A DNA stretch of 64,000 bases from a virus (taxonomy: Duplodnaviria; Caudoviricetes), in the IMG/VR virus record IMGVR_UViG_2890449678_000009, positions 1-64,000 of that record; one strand, written 5' to 3'. Each line of letters begins with the position of its first letter. The stretch's first letter is position 1. A program made the translations under genes and the position numbers. Shown in pieces: positions 27,246 to 36,782 of this stretch. A model generated the notes under the pieces. That model was not told the origin of the DNA, did no database searches, and was given only the letters and a program-made list of their open reading frames with translations.

Positions 27246-27550
27246 GTTTGCCCCGCAAAATTGCTGAGGAACGCCGCTGGCGCGTGCTGGATTTTTTAGA
27301 AATGGCACCGGGGCATTCGCTCAATGACGAGATACTGCGCACGATGTTTCGTGAAGCGGGCTTTCCGATTGATGTGACATCGTTGGATGATGATCTGGGC
27401 CATTTGGAGCGCCATCATTGTGTGATGCTCACCCGCTATGTGCTGGACCGTGGGCGCTACCTCACCGTGGTTAAGCTAACGATTGAGGGCCAGCAGACAT
27501 GGCAGTGCGAGCGGCGTGTGCCGGGCGTGGTGGCGCGGAGGCCGCTTTAA
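27242..27550 (+). CDS. Mu gp26-like winged-helix protein
   Basis: EERRWRVL..L...SLND..L...LT.EG...VPGVV..RP; GTG 27242 with GGAGG SD. Confidence 0.8.
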   Translation: MSLPRKIAEERRWRVLDFLEMAPGHSLNDEILRTMFREAGFPIDVTSLDDDLGHLERHHCVMLTRYVLDRGRYLTVVKLTIEGQQTWQCERRVPGVVARRPL

Positions 27551-28098
27551 TGGCTCGGCGCTCTAAGATCAGCCGTCTGCCGCCTGAGCTAAAACGTCGG
27601 ATTGGGGAGCTGTGGGATGCTGGGGCTACGCTGGACCAAGTTATGGAAGCGTTGCGCGGCGTGGATGTTAGCCGTTCGTCTTTGGGCCGACACATCCAAC
27701 AGCGCGACAAAATGGTCGAGCGTTTACGCCGCTCACGCGCGGTTGCAGATAGTGTCGTCCAAAATTTGGGCGATAAAAGTCCGGGGGAAACGCAAGCGGT
27801 CGTGATCGAGAGTTTGTTCTCTATCATTTTCGATATGTTTGGCGGAGACAATGCGGAAGACGCTGCAACGAGTTTACAAAATAACCCCAAGTCTATGTCC
27901 ATGTTGGCAGGAGCCATCCGCTCTCTCGCGCAAGCCCGCCAGTTGGATGTGACCGTGCGCACTGAGCTTGAAGACAAAGCCCGCCAAAAGGCCGAGCGTG
28001 ACGCTAAAAATGCGCTGACAAAAGCAGCCAAGCAGCAAGGGCTCTCTAAAGAAACGGTCAACGCCATTATGGGCGGCGCGTTTGGGGTGAGGTCATGA
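27550..28098 (+). CDS. Mu gp27-like small terminase (DUF3486-type)
   Basis: MARRSKISRLPPELK...VSRSSLGRH...GLSKET. Confidence 0.88.
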   Translation: MARRSKISRLPPELKRRIGELWDAGATLDQVMEALRGVDVSRSSLGRHIQQRDKMVERLRRSRAVADSVVQNLGDKSPGETQAVVIESLFSIIFDMFGGDNAEDAATSLQNNPKSMSMLAGAIRSLAQARQLDVTVRTELEDKARQKAERDAKNALTKAAKQQGLSKETVNAIMGGAFGVRS

Positions 28099-29651
28099 CC
28101 AAGTCTGTTTTCCTGCCCTATCAGGCCGCCTTGATGGAAGCTGTGCGTACCCACCAAGTCACCGTCATTGAAAAGTCCCGCCGCACGGGGATTTCATGGG
28201 CTGCGTCTTTTATTGCCGACCTGACCGCTGCCCTCGCCCAAAAGGATGGGGGCACTGACGTTTTCTATATTGGCTACAACTTGGAAATGGCGCGCGAGTT
28301 TATCGACTATTGCGCCGACCATGCCAAGATCATGCAGCAAGCAACGCATAGGGTCAGTGAGTCCTTCTGGAATGATCCCGATAAAGAAGAGAAGGACATT
28401 AAGGTCTTTCGCATTGACTTTGGCAGCGGGAACAAGGTGCTGGCCTTGCCGTCTCGCCCGCGTGCGCTGCGTGGGATGCAGGGGTTGGTCATTATTGATG
28501 AAGCGGCCTTCCACGACAATCTCGACGAGCTGCTGAAAGCCGCACTCGCTCTGCTGATGTGGGGCGGCAAGGTGCTGATTATCTCCACCCATAATGGGGA
28601 TATGAACCCGTTTAATACGTTGGTGAATGAGGTGCGGTCTGGCCGCAAGCCGTATCATCTGATGCGCCTGACGCTTGATGATGCGCTTCATGATGGGCTG
28701 TATCGTAAAATCTGCGACAAAAAGGGCGAGGCTTGGTCGCTTGAGGGCGAACGCGCATGGCGTGACGCGATTTTCGCCAATTACGGTGAGGCCGCTGCTG
28801 AAGAGTTGGACTGCATTCCCTCGTCAGGCACAGGCGCTTATCTGCCGCTGGCTTTGATTGAGGCCCGCACGGAAGCGGACGTGCCTGTTGTGCGCTGGGG
28901 CTGTGACAGTGGTTTTGTGCTGCTGTCCGAAAAGCTGCGCATGGCAGAAACAGACTTCTTTATCAGCGAACAGTTAGCGCCCCTCCTTGCGGCGATGGAC
29001 CGTAAGACACCGCATGTTTTCGGGGTGGATTTTGGACGGTCAGGCGATTTGACCGTGATCTGGATGCTTGCCCTAGAAGAGCGGTTGCAACGGCGAACGG
29101 CTTTTGTGGTGGAGCTGCGCAATGTGCCTTTTGAGCAGCAGAAGCAGATTTTGCACCATATTCTCGAGGCCACGCCTTTCCTGCGGGCCGGTGCGCTGGA
29201 TGGGCGGGGCAATGGGCAATATCTGGCTGAAGTGACCGTGCAGAAATTCGGCAGTCGGATTGAGGCCGTGATGCTCTCTGAAGGCTGGTATCGGGAAAAT
29301 ATGCCCCCGCTTAAAGCTGGCTTTGAGGATGGGATCATCACCCTACCCCAAGACCGCGAGATTGTGGACGATCTGCGTGCCCTTACCCTCGTGCGTGGAG
29401 TGGCGCGTGTGCCGGAAGGACGCACCACAGGCAGCACCGGCAAGCGCCATGGCGACGCAGGGATTGCGCTAGCCCTCGCATGGAAAGCCAGCCGTGCCAC
29501 GCCCTTTGACTATGGCTATACACCCGTGCCTTCGCCGTGGAAGCGCCATGAAGGCGCGGGCCACATTGAAACAGCCCAAGAGCAGGAAGAGCGCGACCGG
29601 ATGGGCGCGGCTTCTGATGTTTTTGGTGTGATTGGGAAGGTGATTTTCTAA
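28095..29651 (+). CDS. Mu gp28-like large terminase
   Basis: LPYQ, EKSRRTGISW, IDEAAFH, ISTHNG, GVDFGRSGD, HGD motifs. Confidence 0.95.
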   Translation: MTKSVFLPYQAALMEAVRTHQVTVIEKSRRTGISWAASFIADLTAALAQKDGGTDVFYIGYNLEMAREFIDYCADHAKIMQQATHRVSESFWNDPDKEEKDIKVFRIDFGSGNKVLALPSRPRALRGMQGLVIIDEAAFHDNLDELLKAALALLMWGGKVLIISTHNGDMNPFNTLVNEVRSGRKPYHLMRLTLDDALHDGLYRKICDKKGEAWSLEGERAWRDAIFANYGEAAAEELDCIPSSGTGAYLPLALIEARTEADVPVVRWGCDSGFVLLSEKLRMAETDFFISEQLAPLLAAMDRKTPHVFGVDFGRSGDLTVIWMLALEERLQRRTAFVVELRNVPFEQQKQILHHILEATPFLRAGALDGRGNGQYLAEVTVQKFGSRIEAVMLSEGWYRENMPPLKAGFEDGIITLPQDREIVDDLRALTLVRGVARVPEGRTTGSTGKRHGDAGIALALAWKASRATPFDYGYTPVPSPWKRHEGAGHIETAQEQEERDRMGAASDVFGVIGKVIF

Positions 29652-29878
29652 TGAACGTCAAAGCGATTTGTGCGGTGATTTTGGCCGCTTTGTTTGTCGG
29701 CATGGCGGCGACCATTCTGCGCCTGACATGGAAAGCCTCTAAGGAAAAGACCGCCCAGCAGCAGCGCAATGATGCGCGGTCGGTTACTGCGTTACAGGCC
29801 GAGGCCAGCCAAGCGGCGACGGACGCTTGCAACACCGATAGTCAGCTGGATGAGGAACTCACTAATGGCACATTTTAA
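29651..29878 (+). CDS. Putative inner-membrane spanin (Rz-like)
   Basis: N-terminal TM followed by an Ala/Gln-rich coiled coil; overlaps a lipoprotein ORF. Confidence 0.6.
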   Translation: MNVKAICAVILAALFVGMAATILRLTWKASKEKTAQQQRNDARSVTALQAEASQAATDACNTDSQLDEELTNGTF

Positions 29879-30218
29879 GAGCATGGAAAGCTGGCACGGC
29901 CCGTCTTTAAGAGAGCGCCTACGCCAAGCTGTGCGGACTATGCGAGCTATCGCCAACCGATTGGCCGCTGCTGCGCGCCGGATGATGCGATGGACATTTG
30001 TCTCTGCGAGCATGGCGGGGCTGGCGGCGTGCGCCACTCCTGACGTCAAAGGGCTGTGCCCGTCTTATGTCCATTATCAGAAATATGATGACCAGTTTGT
30101 GCGCAATGAGCTACGCGTTGCGGGTGTGACGGGCCAGAGCTTGCCGATGACGCATCGCTTTCTCCGCGATTATGGCAAGCAGCGCGCCGCTTTGCGGGTG
30201 ATCTGCAAGGGGAATTAA
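29865..30218 (+). CDS. Putative outer-membrane spanin lipoprotein (Rz1-like)
   Basis: Lipobox LAA-C followed by ATPDVKGLCP; start at 29865 (SD present) or 29982. Confidence 0.6.
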   Translation: MAHFKSMESWHGPSLRERLRQAVRTMRAIANRLAAAARRMMRWTFVSASMAGLAACATPDVKGLCPSYVHYQKYDDQFVRNELRVAGVTGQSLPMTHRFLRDYGKQRAALRVICKGN

Positions 30219-30220
30219 TC

Positions 30221-31924
30221 ATGGCGCTTCTCGATCAACATGGGCAGCCTTTGCCGCCCCGCCCACAAAAGCCCGATATGGGTGCGTCTGTCATTGGCAG
30301 TCGCCCCGCCCTTGCTGACCCGATTGCCACCCTTGGCCTCGACCCGGCCCAACTTGGTATGCTTATGCGCTCCGCCGCAGAGGGCAATAGCCGGGACTGG
30401 CAGGTCTTTTGTGAGATGATTGAGGAGCGCGACCTTCATTATCTCGGCGTGTTGGGCACCCGCAAGCGGGCGGTGAGCCAGCTGCCCATGGTGGTGGAAG
30501 ACGCCGGGCCGTCACGCGCGCAGCGCAAGCAGGGCGACTTTGTGCGCCAATGGTTAGATAAAGGCATTTTGCAGCGCTCGGCTTTTGATGTCTTAGACGC
30601 GATTGCTAAGGGCTTCTCGGTTCATGAGATTTTCTGGCACACAGAGGCCGGTAATTATTGGCCGGAACGCTTAGTCTATCGCCCGCAGCGCTGGTTTGAA
30701 GTCTCTTACCAAGACGGCGAAACCATCTGGCTGCGTGACGACGCAAGCCAGTCCACGCCCGATATTGAGGGCGCTGTGGCTGAGGCAACCATGCGCCCGC
30801 TTGACCCGATGCGGGCGTTGGTTCATCGCCATCCGTCATGGTCGGGCCTGACCCTACGCTCTGGCCTGACACGGGCGGTGGCGTTTAATTCACTGTTCAA
30901 ACTCTTTTCAAACCGTGATTGGGGCCTGTTTGTGCAGGCTTACGGGGTTCCCACTCGCATTGGGAAATTTGACGCTTCCGCAACCGAGAATGACCGGCAG
31001 ACCCTTTGGCAGGCAGTGCGCGATATAACGGGAGCTGGAGCCTGCATGATCCCCGCTCAGATGCAGCTGGAGATCATCGAGCCCAAAAATGGCGCGGGGT
31101 CTAATGACACCCATGAGCGGCGCATTAAATGGCTCGATGAACAGACCTCCAAAGCGGTGCTCGGCCAAACAGGCACGACGGATGCCCGCCAAGGCACTCA
31201 TGCCGCAGCCTCTACCCATCGGCTGGTGCAGGAAGATATTGAGCGCTCTGATGCGATGATGTTGGCCCATACGGTCAACACGCAGCTGGTGCGGCTGATG
31301 ATTGACGCCAGTTTCGGCCCGCCTGCCGATGGACTTTACCCAACCATCACCATTGGCCGCCCTGATGAAGTGCCTGTTGAAACGCTGATTGATGCGGCGC
31401 AGAAACTCGGGCCACAGGGCTTTAAGGTGGCGGCCCCAGACCTGTATGCGCGCCTCAACCTTGAGCCCCCCGCTGAGGGTGATGAGACAGTCGGTATTGC
31501 CGTGCCGCCGCAACCGGCGCTGCCTGCCAAAGTGACTCCACCGCAGCAGCAAAACGGCCAAGCCACGCCGTCGCATTTCCCAACCCCGACCAGCCATGAT
31601 GAGGAGCCGCAGGAAGCCCCACCAACTAAGACGACCCTCCATAGTGCAGTCGGGCAGTTGGTCAATCGCTACGCCTCTCAGTCGCCGCAGATCATTGCAG
31701 CCTTGACCGATAACCTCGCCCGTGAGGCCAGTGCTGGCTTGGGGGCGATGACAGAAGCGGTGCGCGCTGAAATGGAGCACGCCACGTCCCTTGAGGATTT
31801 GAAGGACCGTCTGGAAAAGCTCAATCTGCCCGATGACCAATTTGCAACGGCTATGGCCCAAGCCATGCAATTAAGCGAGCTTGCTGGGGAAGCGGCCATG
31901 CTTGACGAGATGCGCCGTGGCTGA
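30221..31924 (+). CDS. Mu gp29-like portal (DUF935)
   Basis: EERDLH, RPQRWF, YGVPTRIGKF, SKAVLGQTGTT motifs. Confidence 0.94.
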   Translation: MALLDQHGQPLPPRPQKPDMGASVIGSRPALADPIATLGLDPAQLGMLMRSAAEGNSRDWQVFCEMIEERDLHYLGVLGTRKRAVSQLPMVVEDAGPSRAQRKQGDFVRQWLDKGILQRSAFDVLDAIAKGFSVHEIFWHTEAGNYWPERLVYRPQRWFEVSYQDGETIWLRDDASQSTPDIEGAVAEATMRPLDPMRALVHRHPSWSGLTLRSGLTRAVAFNSLFKLFSNRDWGLFVQAYGVPTRIGKFDASATENDRQTLWQAVRDITGAGACMIPAQMQLEIIEPKNGAGSNDTHERRIKWLDEQTSKAVLGQTGTTDARQGTHAAASTHRLVQEDIERSDAMMLAHTVNTQLVRLMIDASFGPPADGLYPTITIGRPDEVPVETLIDAAQKLGPQGFKVAAPDLYARLNLEPPAEGDETVGIAVPPQPALPAKVTPPQQQNGQATPSHFPTPTSHDEEPQEAPPTKTTLHSAVGQLVNRYASQSPQIIAALTDNLAREASAGLGAMTEAVRAEMEHATSLEDLKDRLEKLNLPDDQFATAMAQAMQLSELAGEAAMLDEMRRG

Positions 31925-33119
31925 GGAAGGCCCTATCCTCTCGCATGTGAAGCTCTCACCCAGTGAGGCGATCAGCTATTTTCGCCAGAAGGTCAATGTG
32001 CCGACTGAGCGTTGGGGGGAGCTGAGCTCAGAAGCACATGCGCGTGGGTTTGCCGTAGCGGGGGCCACAAGTGACGCGTTGCTGAATGATTTCCGCACCG
32101 CTATTGGGCGGGCGCTCAGTGATGGCACAACCCTTCAAGAGTTCCGAAAGTCTTTTGACTCCATTGTTAAAAAACATGGCTGGGAACATACGGGCACGCC
32201 AGGATGGCGGGCGAAGATCATCTATGAGACCAATATCGCCTCGGCCTATTCAGCGGGGCGTTATCGGCAGATGACCACGCCGACCGCGTTGGAGCTGTAT
32301 CCATACTGGCGGTATGTCCATCACAGCTGTGCCCATCCACGCCCCACCCATGTGGCGTGGAGCGGAACGGTGTTGCGCAATGATGACCCGTGGTGGGGCA
32401 CGCATTACCCGCCCAATGGCTGGCATTGCCATTGTTCGGTTGAAGTTGTGTCCGATGCGCGGATGGAGCGAAACGGTTGGAGCGTGGACGAAGCCCCGCC
32501 GCTAGAGAGGAAACCGTGGCGCAACCCGGCTACCGGCAAGATTGAGATGGTGCCTAAAGGGATTGATCCGGGCTTCCAGAGCAATCAGGGCTTGGAATGG
32601 GCAAAAGCTGAGAAAGCGCGTGCGTCCTCGTCCATGACACCGCTGACCCATGTAGGCGGCCTGCAGGTTGAGCAGCTCCCAGCCCCTGCGCGGATGAAGG
32701 TGCAAAAAGAGCAGATTGCCCAGTTCGCGTCCATGAAACCGCAGCCTGTGGGTATGGTTGAAGCGGGCACCTTGCCACCCAAGGTGCAGGAGCTGTTGGG
32801 GAGCCAGACTGCGCAGGTCTTGTTGTCTGCCGAAACATTGATGAAAAACCAGACCCACCATCCTGAGCTGACGCCAGACGAGTATGCGCAGCTTGCGGCT
32901 CTGTTGGCTGATCCTGATTATGTTTTGGAAGAGAAGCAGGAGGGACGTGTCAGCCTAGTCGCTCAGCATGACAGTATTTATCGCTTCATTGTGAAGAGGA
33001 CACGAGATGGAAAAGAAAACTTCATACTGTCCATGACCCGCATGAGACAGCGACCTGCTGATCAGCTCGTAAGAAACCGGACGGTGCTCTTTGCAAAGCA
33101 GAAGAATGAAGGAGAATGA
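31917..33119 (+). CDS. MuF / gp30 minor head protein with C-terminal BECR-like nuclease extension
   Basis: AISYFRQK, IYETN..AY.AGRY, PRPTH..W.G, YPPNGWHCHC, PKGIDPGF; extension K..HHPELT..EY...P...VKRT...FILS. Confidence 0.88.
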   Translation: MAEEGPILSHVKLSPSEAISYFRQKVNVPTERWGELSSEAHARGFAVAGATSDALLNDFRTAIGRALSDGTTLQEFRKSFDSIVKKHGWEHTGTPGWRAKIIYETNIASAYSAGRYRQMTTPTALELYPYWRYVHHSCAHPRPTHVAWSGTVLRNDDPWWGTHYPPNGWHCHCSVEVVSDARMERNGWSVDEAPPLERKPWRNPATGKIEMVPKGIDPGFQSNQGLEWAKAEKARASSSMTPLTHVGGLQVEQLPAPARMKVQKEQIAQFASMKPQPVGMVEAGTLPPKVQELLGSQTAQVLLSAETLMKNQTHHPELTPDEYAQLAALLADPDYVLEEKQEGRVSLVAQHDSIYRFIVKRTRDGKENFILSMTRMRQRPADQLVRNRTVLFAKQKNEGE

Positions 33120-33221
33120 AGCAACGCACGGGTGGGGCCTGCTATCTAACCCCACAATAGTGCTCTACCCATGCGGGCATGCCCTGGTCAGCAGAATATC
33201 GCCAGATCACCGTGCGTTGCT
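33120..33221 (+). ncRNA. Candidate structured RNA directly downstream of MuF
   Basis: Perfect 12-bp closing stem (33120-33131 with 33210-33221) enclosing three hairpins; complementary loops CTGCT/AGCAG. Confidence 0.55.
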
Positions 33222-33288
33222 CCCTCTAAAATAGGATGAACGTCGGCAGCGATCAAGACAAATCATGAAGCAGCGATAGGATAACGTC

Positions 33289-33786
33289 ATGGCCCTCATT
33301 AAGATTAGTGGAAACACAGACCGCATTTCTGCTGCCCTTTCTCGACTAGAGAAGCTCGGAAGAGAGCCGAATGCGCTTTTGTCGGATATCGGGCTTAAGA
33401 TGGTTGACCGAACGAAAGAACGCATAGAAAGGGAAGTCTCTCCCGATGGCAGTCCTTTTGCGCCGCTTAATCCGCTTTATGCTTCGACAAAAAAAGGGCC
33501 AGGCATTCTTCGTGAAAGCGGATCTCTCCGCAGGACCATTTATAAGCAGATTGAGGGCAACCGCCTGATCTGGGGTTCAAACATGAATTACGCTGCTGTG
33601 CATCAATTTGGGGCGATTATTAAACCCAAGACACAGTCGGCGTTAGAGTTTAGTATTGGCGGACGGGTGTTTAAGCGCCAATCTGTGACCATTCCAGCGC
33701 GGCCTTATCTTGGCTTTAATGAGGCCGACCGGCAGGCGACGGTGGAGACGCTTCAGACATTTTTCCGACGTTGTCTGGCGGGCTAA
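33289..33786 (+). CDS. Mu gpG-like virion morphogenesis protein
   Basis: SPDG..FAPL, ILRESG.L, GSN..YAAVHQFG, IPARPYLG. Confidence 0.93.
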   Translation: MALIKISGNTDRISAALSRLEKLGREPNALLSDIGLKMVDRTKERIEREVSPDGSPFAPLNPLYASTKKGPGILRESGSLRRTIYKQIEGNRLIWGSNMNYAAVHQFGAIIKPKTQSALEFSIGGRVFKRQSVTIPARPYLGFNEADRQATVETLQTFFRRCLAG

Positions 33787-33948
33787 CGCTTTCGCGTTCC
33801 CCCTGTCTCATTTTCAAACGCTCTTCAAACGATTTCAAACGGGGTTACGTGCGTTTTGGGACGATGTGTGGGTCATTATACCGCACGCCGCCTGTAAAGC
33901 GCTGTGCGGGCTTTTATGAGAACCGCCCCTTTTGCCTTCTTAAACAGG
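33787..33948. other. Putative strong gyrase site at the genome centre
   Basis: G-I intergenic position as in Mu; ~100-270 bp from the prophage midpoint (33680); phased TTCAAAC x3. Confidence 0.55.
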
Positions 33949-34007
33949 TTTCGGGGTATAGGGTGGAGTCCTGATAACGCGTGACACGCTCTGTCATGGT
34001 TGCCCTC
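33949..34007 (+). promoter_or_regulatory. Late promoter 2 (PI-like)
   Basis: TTTCGGGGTATAGGGTGGAGTCCTGATA plus CATGGT 7 nt before ATG 34008. Confidence 0.75.
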
Positions 34008-34994
34008 ATGAGCGTGATGACAGACATGCCGTTCTCTTACGACGGCTCCACACCCCCTGATTGGGTTCATATCCTCCCCCACGGCGCCTTTCCCGTTTTG
34101 GGTGGGCGCACATCACTGCGTGCGTCTGACCTAAAGGCGGTGATTGAGGCGTCGTTGCAGCGCGGGAAGATTGTGCTGGATGAGAACCACAGCACAGACC
34201 TTGCGGCACCGCGTGGGAAGCCCTCACCAGCGATGGGGTGGATTGAGGCGATGGAGGCCCGGAGTGACGGCCTCTGGGGGCGTGTGGTGTGGACTAAGCG
34301 CGGGCGGGCCGCCATGGAAGACCACGCGTATCGCGCGCTCTCGCCCGTCTTGAGTAGCCTGAATGGTGAGGTAACGCAGATTTTACGCGTGTCGCTCACC
34401 AATACGCCTGACCTCACGCTCACAACGCTCCATTCCCAAACAACCAACCATGAAGGATGTGCGATGACCTACTCACGCGCTGACCTCTGCGCACGCCTTG
34501 GCTTGAAAGCCGAGGCCGATGACGCAACGATTGCCCAGGCACTCGACCAAGCTCGTGGGAGTGTGTCATTGCACTCCCGCACCGCTGAGCTGGCGGGGCT
34601 GAAACCGGATGCTTCAGAAGACGCCATTCTGGCGAGCCTTCAAGCGCAACGCGAACAAATCACGCTGCATTCAACCGCCACGCAGAGTCTGCAAAGCCGC
34701 CTTGATGCGCTTGAGCAGGAAAATGGCCGTATCAAAGCCGAACGCTTTGTCAGCGAGGCGGGCCGGACCAAGCTCATCTCTGACGATCTGCGCGGCACGC
34801 TTATTACGCTTCATTCACAGAATGCGGAGCTGGCCCAAAGCATTGTGGCGGGCTTGCCTGACGCGCCAAGCGGGCAGCCGACGATGGGTGGCGCTGCGGG
34901 GGCTTCCCATGCCCGCGCGGACACCGGCATGGCCAAAGCAGAAGCCGCCCTTGGCTTAACCGAGGATGACCTCAAGCAAGGAGGGCTCCGCTAA
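34008..34994 (+). CDS. Mu gpI-like prohead protease/scaffold
   Basis: WVHILP.G, LDENHST, PAMGWI, GLWGRV.WT..G, Y..LSPV, LTNTP. Confidence 0.93.
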   Translation: MSVMTDMPFSYDGSTPPDWVHILPHGAFPVLGGRTSLRASDLKAVIEASLQRGKIVLDENHSTDLAAPRGKPSPAMGWIEAMEARSDGLWGRVVWTKRGRAAMEDHAYRALSPVLSSLNGEVTQILRVSLTNTPDLTLTTLHSQTTNHEGCAMTYSRADLCARLGLKAEADDATIAQALDQARGSVSLHSRTAELAGLKPDASEDAILASLQAQREQITLHSTATQSLQSRLDALEQENGRIKAERFVSEAGRTKLISDDLRGTLITLHSQNAELAQSIVAGLPDAPSGQPTMGGAAGASHARADTGMAKAEAALGLTEDDLKQGGLR

Positions 34995-35506
34995 TGGCGC
35001 TTACGCAAGATCGCGCGCTTTCTGAAAAGCTAGTGCCTCATGGGCCTGAATTTGGCCATCCCGTTGCTGAGGGCTTCCGCGTCTATCGTGGGTCGCTTGT
35101 TGCGGTGTGTGCGGACGGCACGATTGTGCCCGCTGGGGCGACGAACACGCCCTCTGCCCCTGTGGCGATTGTTGGGCTGGCACGGCAGTTCAAAGACAAT
35201 TCTGCGGCGGGGTCGATGCTCAATGGCGACATGGTGGGCAGCCACCCGATCTGGGTCAAAAAAGGCTGCTACGCTTTGCCGTTTGACACAGCACCCACGT
35301 GGGCGAACCTCAATCAGACGGTCTATGCCGTTGATGATGAGACGGTGTCTTTAAACCAAAGCGCCCCTCCACCAAAAGCAGCTTCTGCTTCTACTGGCGA
35401 TAATGAAACGGCCAGCACGCCCAGTGTGCCTGCTGCTTCAAGGCTGCCGGTCGGCACGCTCGTTGGGTTTGAGCCTGATGGCACGCCCTTTGTTCTGATT
35501 TCCTAA
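34994..35506 (+). CDS. Head decoration/cement-like protein
   Basis: MALTQDR...VYAVDDETV; lies between protease and capsid genes. Confidence 0.7.
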   Translation: MALTQDRALSEKLVPHGPEFGHPVAEGFRVYRGSLVAVCADGTIVPAGATNTPSAPVAIVGLARQFKDNSAAGSMLNGDMVGSHPIWVKKGCYALPFDTAPTWANLNQTVYAVDDETVSLNQSAPPPKAASASTGDNETASTPSVPAASRLPVGTLVGFEPDGTPFVLIS

Positions 35507-35521
35507 AAAAGAGAGAATATT

Positions 35522-36475
35522 ATGGATATCTCCATAGGGTCTATGAATGCGTTGACCGCGCGGTTGAGCTTAGCCTTCAATAAATATATTCCCACCGTCC
35601 CTACCCAGTATGGGCGCTTTGCGATGACAGTTCCCTCCTCAGCGGGGGAGAATATTTACCCACGCATTGCGGAGCTGCCGGGGTTGCGGGAGTTTTTGGG
35701 GCAGCGTGTTGTTCATCGTATCTCCGCTCAGGAGCGTTTTACGATTGTCAACCGCACCTTTGAAGAGACACTCTCTGTCCGACGGGAAGATTTAGAAGAC
35801 GACCAGTTTGGCTTTTTAACCCCTGCTATACAGCAGCTCGCCGCCGATGCAGGCACGCTCCCCGATAAGCTGGTTTTTGGTCTGCTTGAAGCAGGACACC
35901 GCACAAAAGGCATGGATGGTCAGTATTATTTCGATGCCGACCATGAAGGGTATGGGCGCGATGGAAAACCTACGGGCTTTTCCAATCTTCTCCGTCCCGC
36001 TGCCACGGAGCGCACAACCCCGGCTTGGTATTTATTTAACAATAACAACCCGATGAAGCCGATGGTCTTCCAGACACGCAGGCCGTTCACGGTTACGGCA
36101 CGCACGCAGCTTTCTGATGGGGTGGTGTTTCACCGCAATGAGTTTGAATGGGGCACAGATGGACGGTGTAATGCGGGCTATGGGCTGCATAATTTTGCGC
36201 TCCGCTCCACCGCGCCGCTGACGCCTGAAAATCTCGGCAAGGCGATTGCGATGATGGAGAACCAGTATCGCAAAGACGGCCAGCCTTATAATGCGCGGCC
36301 CAATATCCTCTTCGCCCCCACCTCTTTGGAAGGGGAAGCGCGCGCGCTGTTGGAGAAGGATTTCGTGCCGATGAAAACCCCAGACGGCACATGGGTGACT
36401 GGCTCCAACCCGTGGAGTGGCACGCTGGAACTCGTGGTGAGCCCTTACCTGAATGCTTTTGCGGTGACTGACTAA
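35522..36475 (+). CDS. Mu gpT-like major capsid protein
   Basis: VPSS, LREF.G.R, N..FE.T..V.R.D.EDD..G, DGQYYFDADH, GRCNAGYG. Confidence 0.95.
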   Translation: MDISIGSMNALTARLSLAFNKYIPTVPTQYGRFAMTVPSSAGENIYPRIAELPGLREFLGQRVVHRISAQERFTIVNRTFEETLSVRREDLEDDQFGFLTPAIQQLAADAGTLPDKLVFGLLEAGHRTKGMDGQYYFDADHEGYGRDGKPTGFSNLLRPAATERTTPAWYLFNNNNPMKPMVFQTRRPFTVTARTQLSDGVVFHRNEFEWGTDGRCNAGYGLHNFALRSTAPLTPENLGKAIAMMENQYRKDGQPYNARPNILFAPTSLEGEARALLEKDFVPMKTPDGTWVTGSNPWSGTLELVVSPYLNAFAVTD

Positions 36476-36780
36476 TGGCGACCAAGAAAAACGCGACAAC
36501 AGCGGTGGACGTGGCACGCGATGAGGCTGTGACATCCGCCCCGGAACATGACCTTTCCTCTACCGAGGAGGCAAAGACGGTCACGGCGCATCTCTTGCTG
36601 GCCGACAGGAGGGTGCCGCTCAAGGCGGGGCAGCTTCTGATTATCTGTGCTTCTCCGGGCTTTCGGCGGGCGGGCATTGAGCATGAGCGCTCCAAGCTGT
36701 GGGAGAGACGCGCGTTCACCGCTGAGCAGATCGACCAGATGCGGCGTGAGCCTCTGCTGACGCTGATCGAGGTGGGCTGA
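36475..36780 (+). CDS. Mu gp35-like (HI1506-type) protein
   Basis: GFRRAG..H...FT.EQ...EP.L motif. Confidence 0.8.
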   Translation: MATKKNATTAVDVARDEAVTSAPEHDLSSTEEAKTVTAHLLLADRRVPLKAGQLLIICASPGFRRAGIEHERSKLWERRAFTAEQIDQMRREPLLTLIEVG

Positions 36781-36782
36781 CC

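Noticed and set aside
33120-33221. Simple terminator, canonical tRNA or pistol ribozyme
   Set aside because: No U-tract; no TTC T-loop, 7-nt anticodon loop or CCA geometry; lacks the pistol pseudoknot arrangement. Kept only as an unclassified RNA candidate.
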